Notes under the pieces: generated by a model
The model's input: only the letters and a program-made list of their open reading frames with translations
Told to the model about the DNA's origin: nothing
Database searches by the model: none
Translations under genes and position numbers: made by a program
Source: Aphanothece sp.
Lineage (GTDB): Bacteria > Cyanobacteriota > Cyanobacteriia > PCC-6307 > Cyanobiaceae
Direction: 5' to 3'
NCBI GenBank assembly: GCA_040373885.1
Contig: JBEIVL010000001.1
Coordinates: forward strand, 14,780-78,779
Length of the DNA stretch: 64,000 bases
Shown here: positions 50,426 to 59,538 of the stretch, piece by piece
Layout of the letters: every line of letters starts with the position of its first letter
Position numbering within the stretch: position 1 is the stretch's first letter

Positions 50426-51655
50426 CTAGGTCGGCGTTGGCCCCCCTTCGTCCCGTTCCCCTGACCCTGCAGGTGAGGGCCCATGGGCTCGTGGCCAGGG
50501 CGCACCATCGAGGGACGCGAGCATTCCGCCCAGCAAATCGGCCGCTGTCACCACGAGGCGATAGCCCAGGGCGACCGCAAGCAGGGCAGGATCCGGCAGA
50601 GCAGAGCCAAGCCTCAGCAGGAGAGCGGATTCAAATACGCCCAATCCTCCAGGGGCGCCGGGCACCACCAGACCGGCGGTCCAGGCCAGGGCAAAGGCCG
50701 ACAGCCATCGCCACCAATCCAGGGCATGTTGAAGATCGAACGCCCAGACGCAACACGCGAAGCCGGAGAAGCGCATCAACACGAACACCAACTGGCTGAT
50801 CAGGGGGGCCCAGGGATAGTTCCGCAACCGCAGCCCCCTGGTCTGCGGCCCCTCAGACCTTTGCCCCTCAGCTTGGGACGCCTCACCCGACGGCTCTGAA
50901 GCATCGAGCGCTTCTTCCCGGGCCAGGGCCTCCTGCAGGCCAAGTTGACGGGCGCGTTTGCGTTCCAGCCTCTGCAGGAGCGGATTGAGCCAACGGGGCA
51001 TCAGCGCCACCAGGGGCACCAGAGCCAGCAAGGCCAGTCCGTTCTCAAGCCCCCCGAGGGGCACCAGGGCCAGGGCGGCGGCCGCCGCCAGCAGCGGATC
51101 GAGCAGCACCGCCATCAGGGCCATCGGCGTGCCGGTGCTGCTGGGCAAGGCGGCATGGCCATGGCGAAGGGCCTGAACCCGACTGGCCAGATGCCAGACC
51201 CCACCAGGCAGGAATTTGCCGATGTTGGTGGCCAGATAGAGGCGCACCAAGGGCTCCAGGTGCGGTCTAAGCCCCAGCCATCGCAGGATCACAGCCCAGG
51301 AGAGCCCATTCACCACCAGACTCAGCAGGCTGAGGCCAACCCCCAGACACAACCAAAACAGCCCCTGGGTGTCCGGGCGGTATTGAACCAGTTGGCGGCC
51401 GTTCTGCAGCAGGGCAGCCAGCACGAAGCCAAGGCTGACCAGGGTGATGAAAGGCCTTAGGCCGCCAGCCCGTCCCCCTGATGGCCACCGCAGCCGCCCC
51501 CCCCAGCCAGGCTTTGGCGGGGAGAGACGCCAGGATGCCTGGGGCCAAGAGGGCAGACGCCAAGTGGGGGGGCGCCATTGGCGCAGGCTCCACTGACGCA
51601 GATGAGGCCAGCTTCCGAGCCGCTTCCATGTCCATCGCCCCTCGGGAGGGACCAT
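50426..51655 (-). CDS. Lysylphosphatidylglycerol-synthase-TM / flippase-like membrane protein
   Basis: TNIGKFLPGGVWH, GLVVPGAPGGLGVFE, YRLV; TGATG overlap with the larC stop. Confidence 0.8.
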   Translation of the reverse strand: MVPPEGRWTWKRLGSWPHLRQWSLRQWRPPTWRLPSWPQASWRLSPPKPGWGGRLRWPSGGRAGGLRPFITLVSLGFVLAALLQNGRQLVQYRPDTQGLFWLCLGVGLSLLSLVVNGLSWAVILRWLGLRPHLEPLVRLYLATNIGKFLPGGVWHLASRVQALRHGHAALPSSTGTPMALMAVLLDPLLAAAAALALVPLGGLENGLALLALVPLVALMPRWLNPLLQRLERKRARQLGLQEALAREEALDASEPSGEASQAEGQRSEGPQTRGLRLRNYPWAPLISQLVFVLMRFSGFACCVWAFDLQHALDWWRWLSAFALAWTAGLVVPGAPGGLGVFESALLLRLGSALPDPALLAVALGYRLVVTAADLLGGMLASLDGAPWPRAHGPSPAGSGERDEGGPTPT

Positions 51656-53031
51656 CAGACCATCCCCCCCTCTTGGTTGTCAGGCCCACTCAGGTCAGGG
51701 GATGGGGCGAGCGGAGACGACAACATTGGTGTGGATGGAAGCAGGTGTTCTGCTTGTAACTTTGGCTCTGATTGGTTCCGGGGCTCGGATGGCATCGGTT
51801 GCCCTGATTGGATCTGGGGCCCTGGTTGGATCAGGGGGCCTAATTGGCACCGCACCTCCCGCAGGGAAAGTCCATGCTGCCGGGCCAGCCCAGCCAGGTC
51901 GTCGTGTTCGGCCTTGCCTCGCCAGGCTCCTCCAGGCTCACGAGCCCATTTGAGGCGAACGGGGCCGAGTGCTGTCGAGCGGGTTTCGAAGCTCCGGGGC
52001 AGACGCCAGCGCCGTTGCTGCTGCTCACGCACGCCCAAGCTGGTGCTGTGGCGCCACCAGATCCGCCGCAGATCGGCGGCGAGGGCCGGTGGGGCCAAGG
52101 CGGTCACAAGGGTGCCCTGGCGGCCTTTCTTCATGGTGATGGCCGTACTGAAGACGTCGACGGCGCCCGCTTGGCGCAGGGCTTCGACCAGAAACGCCAG
52201 CTCCTCGGCCGTGGCGTCGTCGATCTGGGCCTCCTGGAGCAGGAGGCGTTCCTCCTCGTCGGAGGTTGCATCCGGGGATTCGGGTTGGGGCTTCGGGGCC
52301 TCGGGCCCCAGCCGCACGACCCGCAACAGGTTGGGACGATCCAGGCTGCGGCTGCCCAAACCCACCCCGACCGCCTCGGGCACCCCACCTGGGCACACCC
52401 CGAAGCGATCGGCCCAGCAGGCCATCAGCGCCAGTCCGGTGGGTGTGGTGAGTTCGGCCGCCGGCAGGGCGGCGCTGTCGGCCAGGGCCAGCCCCCGCCG
52501 CCTGGCGATCTCCAGGACCGCCGGGGCTGGCAGGGGCAACAGGCCATGGGCGGTGCGCACCGTGCCATGGCCGGCAGGGGGGACCGTGCAACTCAATTGC
52601 CCAACCCCCAGATGCAGCAACGCGGCACAGACCCCCACCACATCCACCAGGGAATCGAGGGCGCCGACCTCATGAAAATGAACCTCCTCGGCGGCGTGGC
52701 CATGGACCTGGGCCTCGGCCTCCGCCAGCAGCAGGAAGACCTCAAGCACGCGCTCGGCCAGGGGTGGGGGCAGGGGAGCGCTCTGGAGCCGATGTCGCAG
52801 ATCACCCCAGGGGCGATGGTGGGGCTGGTGCTCAAGGGATCGCACCTCGACGTGCAAGCCCCGCAGACCCGAACTGCGCCGTTCCTCAACCTCGAGCCGG
52901 TAGTGCCCCTCCAGATCGAGGGCGGCCAAAGGGGCATGGATGACGGACTCGGGAACGCCCAGATCAAGCAGGGCGGCCAGCAACATGTTGCCCGCCAAGC
53001 CCGTCGGGGCATCGATGTGGAGGATGCTCAC
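51655..53031 (-). CDS. larC: Nickel-pincer cofactor biosynthesis protein LarC
   Basis: GLAGNMLLAAL, AEAQVHG...VHFHEVGALDS, LTTPTG, MKKGRQG, STSLGVR. Confidence 0.9.
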   Translation of the reverse strand: MSILHIDAPTGLAGNMLLAALLDLGVPESVIHAPLAALDLEGHYRLEVEERRSSGLRGLHVEVRSLEHQPHHRPWGDLRHRLQSAPLPPPLAERVLEVFLLLAEAEAQVHGHAAEEVHFHEVGALDSLVDVVGVCAALLHLGVGQLSCTVPPAGHGTVRTAHGLLPLPAPAVLEIARRRGLALADSAALPAAELTTPTGLALMACWADRFGVCPGGVPEAVGVGLGSRSLDRPNLLRVVRLGPEAPKPQPESPDATSDEEERLLLQEAQIDDATAEELAFLVEALRQAGAVDVFSTAITMKKGRQGTLVTALAPPALAADLRRIWWRHSTSLGVREQQQRRWRLPRSFETRSTALGPVRLKWAREPGGAWRGKAEHDDLAGLARQHGLSLREVRCQLGPLIQPGPQIQSGQPMPSEPRNQSEPKLQAEHLLPSTPMLSSPLAPSPDLSGPDNQEGGMV

Positions 53032-53699
53032 GAAACGGTGGCGGAACCGGCGGCCGCAACGGGCCTGCCCAGCCGCGGGGCCAGCTGGAGCAGACGATCA
53101 GCTTCGGCCACGAGTTCGTCCTGATGCTGGCGCAACCACTGGGCCACCTCCCGCCGGGCTCGACGCTGCTCAAGTTGGGCGGAGGCCACCTCCTGGCCTG
53201 AAAGGCCCCAGAGGCGACCCAGCAGGGCGCGATCATCGGCCCCACCGACGCTCTCGCCATAAAACAGATCTTCGGCGGCCATGCCGGCCAGTAGAACGCG
53301 GCTCCAGCGCCGCAGTTCGTCGATGGGCAGCCGGGCCGTGGCGGGCGGATCGAACTCCGTGCTGCCCCCTCCGCTCAGGCCGGCCTGCAGGGAGGCCAAA
53401 CTGCCCACCAGAACTCTGCGCACCGGCAGTCCCTCGGCTTGCGCCACCAGGGCATGGCCCGCCTCATGGCGGGCGACACGCCGCAGTCGGGCCTGGCCCC
53501 CGGGCAGGGCCTCCGCCAGCAGATGGCCGCCGCGGCCGCCAAAGCGGGCGGCATCAAGGCTGAGGGCGCCCAGGGTGAAGGCGGTGAACACGGTGGTCCA
53601 CCATGGGGAGAGACCCAGAAAGGGACCGAATACAGCCGCAAGGCTGAGGGTCAGCACGGCCAGTCCGGCGGTGAGGGCGGCGTTGTCCGAAGGCATCAA
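53028..53699 (-). CDS. Membrane protein with an M41/FtsH-like Zn-protease motif, no ATPase domain
   Basis: RVARHEAGH, LLAGMAAE...GGADD. Confidence 0.75.
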   Translation of the reverse strand: MMPSDNAALTAGLAVLTLSLAAVFGPFLGLSPWWTTVFTAFTLGALSLDAARFGGRGGHLLAEALPGGQARLRRVARHEAGHALVAQAEGLPVRRVLVGSLASLQAGLSGGGSTEFDPPATARLPIDELRRWSRVLLAGMAAEDLFYGESVGGADDRALLGRLWGLSGQEVASAQLEQRRARREVAQWLRQHQDELVAEADRLLQLAPRLGRPVAAAGSATVS

Positions 53700-53704
53700 G
53701 CTGC

Positions 53705-54592
53705 TCAGCGGGGCGGACGGCTGACCGCGCGCGAGTGGCTGCGGCCGCCTGTGGTGGCACGAGGGTCGATGGAACGGTTCGCCGCCTCGGGATTCCGGGC
53801 CTGGGCGGGGCGGGTTTCGACGCTGCGCGCGGCCTGAGAGGTGGCGTCATCGCCACGACGCCCCCCCCCCTCAGTGCCCCGGCCGGCGCCAGCGCCGGCG
53901 GGGCGGCGACCCTTGCCACCGCGGTTGCCGCGCTGGGCGATGGGACTGAGAACCTCGAGCCGTTCGAGCTGCAGGGCCTGCTCCTGGCGGCGGAGATCGA
54001 GGGAAACGAAATGGCGCAGATGCTCCAGGGGAATATCGCCCCGTAGCTGCAATTTGAACGGAATCGGGCGTTCGCCGTCAGGGCGAGGCAGCTGACGCAC
54101 CTTGACCACGAAATCTCCGGTTTCGGGGCGGGTGAAAATCAATTCGCCGCGCACGGAAAAGTAGTCATCGCCCTCGGGCAGTCCGTCGCTGGACTGCTGA
54201 TCATCGGTTGGGCTGCAACCCAGGCCACTGGCACCAGTGGAGCTGGAACCAGCAACGCTCGTATCTGCTCCGTCGGAAACGGGTCCGCTGGCATCCGTCT
54301 GGCTGGAGAGGGTGCTTGGTTCCCAGATGCCCACCATTTGCAAATGGAGTTGTCCCTCTTCCCGGGAGCGGGGATACACCACCCACAGATGGGGCAGTGA
54401 CAAATCCAGATGCCGACGCATCAAGGTGAGCAGCCGGCCCAGCACGACGGACTCAATGGCCTGACCATCGGCGGTGCGGATCACCCCACGGGTGAGCACG
54501 GCGGCATCGCTGGGTTCATAAACCCCACGAACGACACCGATGGCCCGGTATTGCAACGGTTCGGAGACCGGGGGGATGGGGTGCTGACGCAT
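53705..54592 (-). CDS. Conserved cyanobacterial hypothetical protein
   Basis: MRQHPIPPVSEPLQYRAIGVVRG...HLWVVYPR...YFSVRGE; low-complexity insert and tail. Confidence 0.75.
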   Translation of the reverse strand: MRQHPIPPVSEPLQYRAIGVVRGVYEPSDAAVLTRGVIRTADGQAIESVVLGRLLTLMRRHLDLSLPHLWVVYPRSREEGQLHLQMVGIWEPSTLSSQTDASGPVSDGADTSVAGSSSTGASGLGCSPTDDQQSSDGLPEGDDYFSVRGELIFTRPETGDFVVKVRQLPRPDGERPIPFKLQLRGDIPLEHLRHFVSLDLRRQEQALQLERLEVLSPIAQRGNRGGKGRRPAGAGAGRGTEGGGRRGDDATSQAARSVETRPAQARNPEAANRSIDPRATTGGRSHSRAVSRPPR

Positions 54593-54704
54593 GGTGGGGG
54601 AGAAGCTCGGGAGCGGCGCGGCAGCCCCAAGCAGCGGTGAGGCCAATGTAGCGATCGTGAACAGTAGTCTCCCTGCGGGCCCTGCTGCCCTGTTTGCATT
54701 CCGG

Positions 54705-55589
54705 ATGTCTACCCAGCCCCGTCGTTTCGGAGCCTATGGGCTCGCCGCCGCCATGGCCCTCACGTTGATGGCCTTGGCGGCTGGATGGTGGCTTGGCCAG
54801 CGCAGCAGTAGCAACCCTGCGGCGGCCGATCCGCGCCACACCATCCTTGAGAAGGAAATCAATGGACTCGTGCAGCGGGAGGAACGCCACGAATCCACGG
54901 ATGCCGATCGCCAAAGGCTGTTGGAGTTGTTGGTGGGTCTTGGCCGCCAGCAGGAGGCCATCGCCCTGCTGGAGCCCATGGCCGATCGGGAACCGGATCG
55001 TTGGTCCCTGCGTCTGATGCTGGCCGAATTACGCCGCAACAGTGGCGATCCAACCGGGGCGGAACGGGAATTGCGTCAGATTCTCAGCCGCCAACCCCAT
55101 CAGGTGGAAGCTCTGCAGCTGATGAGCCTGCTGCAACTCGAGCAGGGCCAAGGCTCCAGCGCCCTGCGCCAGATCCAGGCGGCCTACACCTCAGCCACAA
55201 CCCCTCAGATCAAATCCCAGGCCCTGGGCCTGGGCCTGCTGCTGGCTGAGATCCAGGACCGGTTGGGCCAGACGGCACAGGCCAAGACCACCTTTCAACA
55301 ACTGGCGAATGCGTTCCCCCAGGATCCCCGTCCGATGGTGGCCCTGGCCTTGCTTCTCCAGAAAAGCGGCGACACTCCGGCGGCCCTGACGGCCCTTACG
55401 ACCGCCAAACAACGCAGCGGCAAAACGGGCACCGCTGATCCTGTGCTCGACAAGCTGGCGGCGAGTTGGTCGCTGCTTTCGGCCCGCTCGAAACCCAACC
55501 CTGGAGCGACATCAGCTGCAGGGGCTGCCGCCCCTAAGGCCCAGGAAGGGTCGGACGGGTCGCCGGCGCCGGCGCGTCAAAATCCCTGA
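54705..55589 (+). CDS. Membrane-anchored tetratricopeptide-repeat protein
   Basis: N-terminal TM followed by helical TPR-like repeats (G...EA...L...P). Confidence 0.78.
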   Translation: MSTQPRRFGAYGLAAAMALTLMALAAGWWLGQRSSSNPAAADPRHTILEKEINGLVQREERHESTDADRQRLLELLVGLGRQQEAIALLEPMADREPDRWSLRLMLAELRRNSGDPTGAERELRQILSRQPHQVEALQLMSLLQLEQGQGSSALRQIQAAYTSATTPQIKSQALGLGLLLAEIQDRLGQTAQAKTTFQQLANAFPQDPRPMVALALLLQKSGDTPAALTALTTAKQRSGKTGTADPVLDKLAASWSLLSARSKPNPGATSAAGAAAPKAQEGSDGSPAPARQNP

Positions 55590-55848
55590 GCACCTTGTCG
55601 ATGGCCTTGTCGGGCGAGGTGGCGTCATCCATGGCCGTGCTGCGGCGCAGGCGATTCATCAGATCGATGGGATTGGTGGCATCCAACACCGAGGATTTGG
55701 AACCTCCGCCGTCCAAAACCTGGCGTTCCTGGGGGCTGGTGCCGAGGGTCTGGCCGTAGCCGGCCACCTGGGAACGGGCGGGAGACCAGAGCCCTAGGGA
55801 TGTGGTGGCAAGAGCCACCAGAGTTACGGTCAAGAGAGGACGGGCCAT
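55534..55848 (-). CDS. Small exported hypothetical protein
   Basis: Signal-like N-terminus; LDATNPIDLMNRLRRSTAMDDAT.P..AID. Confidence 0.65.
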   Translation of the reverse strand: MARPLLTVTLVALATTSLGLWSPARSQVAGYGQTLGTSPQERQVLDGGGSKSSVLDATNPIDLMNRLRRSTAMDDATSPDKAIDKVLRDFDAPAPATRPTLPGP

Positions 55849-55918
55849 GGGGTGCGGCAACGCCGACGGCCATCAAAGGATCTAGACCATGCTAGTGGTC
55901 CCTTGCGGACCCCCTGGC

Positions 55919-56749
55919 GTGCGGATCGCCACCTGGAACGTCAATTCTGTGCGAACCCGGTTGGACCAGGTGCTGGCCTGGCTGACGGAGGAGCGCCCTG
56001 AGGTGCTCTGCCTGCAGGAAACCAAGGTCAGTGATGACCTTTTCCCGCTGCGGCCGATCGAGGCCCTGGGATATCGGGCTGTGATCAGCGGTCAGAAGGC
56101 CTACAACGGTGTGGCGATCCTGAGCCTGCTGCCCATGGAGGATCTGCGCATCGGTTTCGACGCTTTGTTGCCGGGCGATGCTGAGGCCGGAACCCTGGCC
56201 GAGCAGAAACGGGTCATCAGTGCCCTGATCGAGGGGGTTCGGGTGGTGAACCTCTACGTGCCCAACGGCGCCTCCCTGCGCTCGGAGAAATACGCCTACA
56301 AGCTGGAATGGTTGGGCTGTCTGGAGAGGGCGTTGCGGGCCCTGGCCTCGGAGGGGGATCCCCTGGTGGTGGTGGGGGATTTCAACATCGCTCTTGAGGC
56401 CCGCGACATCCATGCGCCCGAGCGGCTGACCGGGGGAATCATGGCCAGCGAAGCCGAACGTGAGGCCCTCAGAAAGGCGCTTGGGGGGGACCTCAAGGAC
56501 GTTTTCCGGATGTTCGAACCGGCGAGTGGCCACTGGAGCTGGTGGGACTATCGCAGCGGGGGCTGGGAAACAGGGCGTGGCTGGCGCATCGACCATATTT
56601 ATCTCGATGATCAGCTGCTGGATTTCGCCACCGGCTGTGTCATCCACCAGCGGATGCGGGGCCAGCCCCAACCCAGTGACCACGCTCCGGTGGTCGTGCA
56701 TCTGGCCTGGCCCCCCGCAGACGATGGGATGGATCCAGAGGATGTCTGA
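55919..56749 (+). CDS. xth: Exodeoxyribonuclease III
   Basis: IATWNVNSVR, LQETK, YNGVAI, GDFN, WWDYR, GWRIDH, SDHAP. Confidence 0.96.
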   Translation: MRIATWNVNSVRTRLDQVLAWLTEERPEVLCLQETKVSDDLFPLRPIEALGYRAVISGQKAYNGVAILSLLPMEDLRIGFDALLPGDAEAGTLAEQKRVISALIEGVRVVNLYVPNGASLRSEKYAYKLEWLGCLERALRALASEGDPLVVVGDFNIALEARDIHAPERLTGGIMASEAEREALRKALGGDLKDVFRMFEPASGHWSWWDYRSGGWETGRGWRIDHIYLDDQLLDFATGCVIHQRMRGQPQPSDHAPVVVHLAWPPADDGMDPEDV

Positions 56750-56825
56750 TGACAGGGTGCGCCGTGTCCCCTTGTGCCCTGGTCAGGCGGCGGTACAACC
56801 CTGCCAGTGACGACGGCAGGAAGTC

Positions 56826-57542
56826 ATGGCCCGCTCTTGCCCCCCCGGGGCTGGTGGTCAACGGCTTGAACGCAGCGGGATCAGCCGCTTGTTCAGCCAA
56901 CGGATCAGCCGCTGGATCAGCCGCTGGATCTCAGTCGGCAGTGTGATGGGCCTGACTGGGTTGGCGCCCGCACCGGGTCGAACCAATGCCGTGACCCCGG
57001 GCTCCCTCCAGCGTCCAGCGCCCCCTGCCACCTCGGTGGTGGCCAACCTGGCACCCCCATCACAGAGCGGAGCGGAGGAGGAAGGTCGTTGCCCTGCCCG
57101 GGCCTTGGTCCGGAACCGGCTTTCCCCGGCCGGGGCCAGGTTGCGCTATCCGTTGACGGTCTGGGCTAAGGAAATCTCACCCTACGGTTGGCGTTACTCC
57201 ACGGCCCGAGGTCGCTGGCGCATGCACAGCGGCATCGACCTGATCAGTCCGCCCGGGACGCCGGTGGGGGCCGTGATGGCGGGCCAGGTGATCCGGGTGG
57301 ACAGCATCGGTGGTTATGGCCTGGCGGTGATTGTTGACCATGGCAATGGTTGGCAAAGTTTGTATGGCCACCTGCAGGCGGTGGCCGTGCGGCCCTGCAG
57401 CGTGGTTCCGGCGGGGGGGCAACTGGGGTGGGTAGGCCACAGCGGCAGTGCCAGCACCGATCACCTGCATCTGGAACTGAGGAGTGGGGCAGGTCCCTCC
57501 CAGGTGGCGGTGGATCCTGCGGCCTATCTGCCGCGGCCGTAG
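56826..57542 (+). CDS. M23 family metallopeptidase
   Basis: HSGID, YGHL, HLHLE motifs. Confidence 0.88.
   Translation: MARSCPPGAGGQRLERSGISRLFSQRISRWISRWISVGSVMGLTGLAPAPGRTNAVTPGSLQRPAPPATSVVANLAPPSQSGAEEEGRCPARALVRNRLSPAGARLRYPLTVWAKEISPYGWRYSTARGRWRMHSGIDLISPPGTPVGAVMAGQVIRVDSIGGYGLAVIVDHGNGWQSLYGHLQAVAVRPCSVVPAGGQLGWVGHSGSASTDHLHLELRSGAGPSQVAVDPAAYLPRP
56878..56930. repeat. 12-bp tandem repeat in the M23 gene 5' region
   Basis: GGATCAGCCGCT-like unit about 4 times (ISRL/FSQR/ISRW/ISRW). Confidence 0.7.
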
Positions 57543-57781
57543 GTCTTGGTTCGTGCTCCTGGCACCTCCAGCGATCGTTGAATCACTGGCCTAGTTGCTG
57601 GACTGGGGCCCTAGTCCGTATCCGTGGAGCAGTCGTTGTCGCTGAGCCTCACCAGACGCTGGAGCCGAGGGACCCATCGGAGCGCCTGCGGAACCCAAAG
57701 GGCATCCGGACGCCACCAACAGCGCCTGAACTAACCACAACGACCCTTGAGGGGACCAGGACGGGATGGCAGGCGAATTGA

Positions 57782-58162
57782 TTGAGTGGAAATACTCAGC
57801 GGCTGCAAAGGGTCATGGCGGCGACCACGCCGACCCATCACCACTGGCTGGATGGGGATCGGCTTGCCTTGGGTCCGATGACTTCCCTGCTTTGTTGTTA
57901 TCGAAATATTGGTCACCAGTTGTTGATTTTGCGCTGCTGTGGACCAGAAGATTTTTTTTTGGAGAGGGTGGTCTTTCCCTTCGAATTGGTGACCTTCGCC
58001 TGTCCCGCCGACACGGAGGTGAAGATCTGGCACTGGGATGTGGCCGGACCCACGCTCATCGACTGCTGCCTGGCCGAGGCCATGGCCTGTGGCGAGGTGC
58101 TGGAGGCAGAAGTGCTGGAGGCAGAAGTGCTGGAGGACACGGTTGTGGGGTCAGCCCTTTGA
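57782..58162 (+). CDS. DUF1830-like protein (copy 2)
   Basis: CCYRN...LILRCCGPEDFFLERVVFPFE...EVKIW; paralogous to 684-1091. Confidence 0.75.
   Translation: MSGNTQRLQRVMAATTPTHHHWLDGDRLALGPMTSLLCCYRNIGHQLLILRCCGPEDFFLERVVFPFELVTFACPADTEVKIWHWDVAGPTLIDCCLAEAMACGEVLEAEVLEAEVLEDTVVGSAL
58093..58137 (+). repeat. 15-bp tandem repeat x3 (EVLEA)
   Basis: GAGGTGCTGGAGGCA GAAGTGCTGGAGGCA GAAGTGCTGGAGGAC. Confidence 0.8.
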
Positions 58163-58314
58163 GGCTGGCCAAGCGTTCCGAGGTTGCCGCAACGCCCTGA
58201 GATTGGCGCGTCATTTTCAGCGGGGCCCGTCCTTCTTCTAGGCCCCCATTCGTGTCGCCGCGGCTGCCTGGAAGCGGTGAGAGGGGCCAGAAACACAGTT
58301 CGAGCAGGATCAGA

Positions 58315-58746
58315 TCAATCGTTTCCAAGGCCCAGCAGCAGGACCCGGGCAGCATTGATGGATTGCATGGTGTCGTGGGCGCCGCCGCGATCGGGGTGGT
58401 GCTCCGCAGCCGCCCGCTTCCAGGCTCGGGTCACATCGGCCTCACTCAAGCGACCGGCCAGGGCCAGGCCCAGCCGGTGGCGGGCCTGCATCGCCTCGAC
58501 ATCGGGACTGCGGCCCAAGGGCGAACGGTCGGCGGCACTGAGTCCGCTGCCCCGTCGCTTGCGGCCGCCACGGCCCTTGGCGGCGGTCTCCTTGGCGCTG
58601 GCGCCCGTTGGCGCGCCTGGGCTCTGGAAGCCCTTCTGGCCTCGGCCTTTCGGCGCTCCAAAGCCGCGAGATTGCGTCTCGGAACTGTTCTGCTGCTGGC
58701 CCGGAGCCGAACCGGAGAGAACCAGGGGCAGGATTTGCGCAGTCAT
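58315..58746 (-). CDS. Protein with a C-terminal J domain
   Basis: DVTRAWKRAAAEHHPDRGG...INAAR. Confidence 0.78.
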   Translation of the reverse strand: MTAQILPLVLSGSAPGQQQNSSETQSRGFGAPKGRGQKGFQSPGAPTGASAKETAAKGRGGRKRRGSGLSAADRSPLGRSPDVEAMQARHRLGLALAGRLSEADVTRAWKRAAAEHHPDRGGAHDTMQSINAARVLLLGLGND

Positions 58747-58808
58747 GGCGAGCAAGGCAGCAGCCCCGGGAATTCGGGCTGGGATTCACCTTTGCACAGC
58801 CGGTCGTT

Positions 58809-59303
58809 TCAGGGTTGCAGCGCAGCTGACTTCGTGCTGACTTCGCCATGCCACCAAAGCCAGGCCTGACGATTAATCAGGAGCCCAATCAACAGGAGGA
58901 GCGCCATCAGCGCTACCTGATCTGACCGGGAATCAGGCACAACAATATCGGCAATCAAGTGCAACAAATTGGTCACGCTATAAATAATGCTCAGCCAGAA
59001 ATGCCAGCGGCGCCAGGACCTCCAGCGGGGTTTTCCGAGGCCATCGCTGGCCGCCCAGGCGATCAACAGCAGAGCCGCCAGCGGGATCAGGAAGTAGACG
59101 AGCATGGCCCAATACACCAGGGGCAATCGGTTCGGGTCCAGGGAGGTTTCGATCACCACAGAGTGACCATGGAACAGGGGCATCAAACCCAACTGGACAT
59201 GGAAGATCATCGCCAGCAGATAGGCCGTCCAGAGGCTGCGCAGCCGCATGGCGTGATCGGTGGCATGGGCTGGGGCGTTGATGGGGGGTTCGGCAGGGGG
59301 CAT
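58809..59303 (-). CDS. Four-TM hypothetical membrane protein
   Basis: FHVQLGLMPLFHG, NLLHLIAD; four hydrophobic segments. Confidence 0.7.
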   Translation of the reverse strand: MPPAEPPINAPAHATDHAMRLRSLWTAYLLAMIFHVQLGLMPLFHGHSVVIETSLDPNRLPLVYWAMLVYFLIPLAALLLIAWAASDGLGKPRWRSWRRWHFWLSIIYSVTNLLHLIADIVVPDSRSDQVALMALLLLIGLLINRQAWLWWHGEVSTKSAALQP

Positions 59304-59402
59304 GAAGGGTGCAGCAGGCCTGCCGGAGAACCATTCTCCAAATTCAGATGCTCGTGGCGCACTGAGGCGGGACGGGGGAGGTCAGGGTTGGCGCGCACAA
59401 GG

Positions 59403-59437
59403 TTAATTTGCGCGAAACCTTCTTAATGGGCGCGAAA
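59403..59437. promoter_or_regulatory. 20-bp-period direct repeat in a divergent promoter region
   Basis: TTAATTTGCGCGAAA (59403) and TTAATGGGCGCGAAA (59423). Confidence 0.45.
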
Positions 59438-59538
59438 AAGTATCGCAATTTGTATCACTTAGCCCCTCGCTTCCCGAGGGGATCAATTGCGGTGCAGATT
59501 GTCTAAAAGACTCCCCCTAGTCGCCGCGTTCTTTCTTC

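Noticed and set aside
57543-57781. Glutamine riboswitch (ATCGTTG start) in the intergenic region
   Set aside because: Lacks the GGAAGTA and GAAG...ACG core elements
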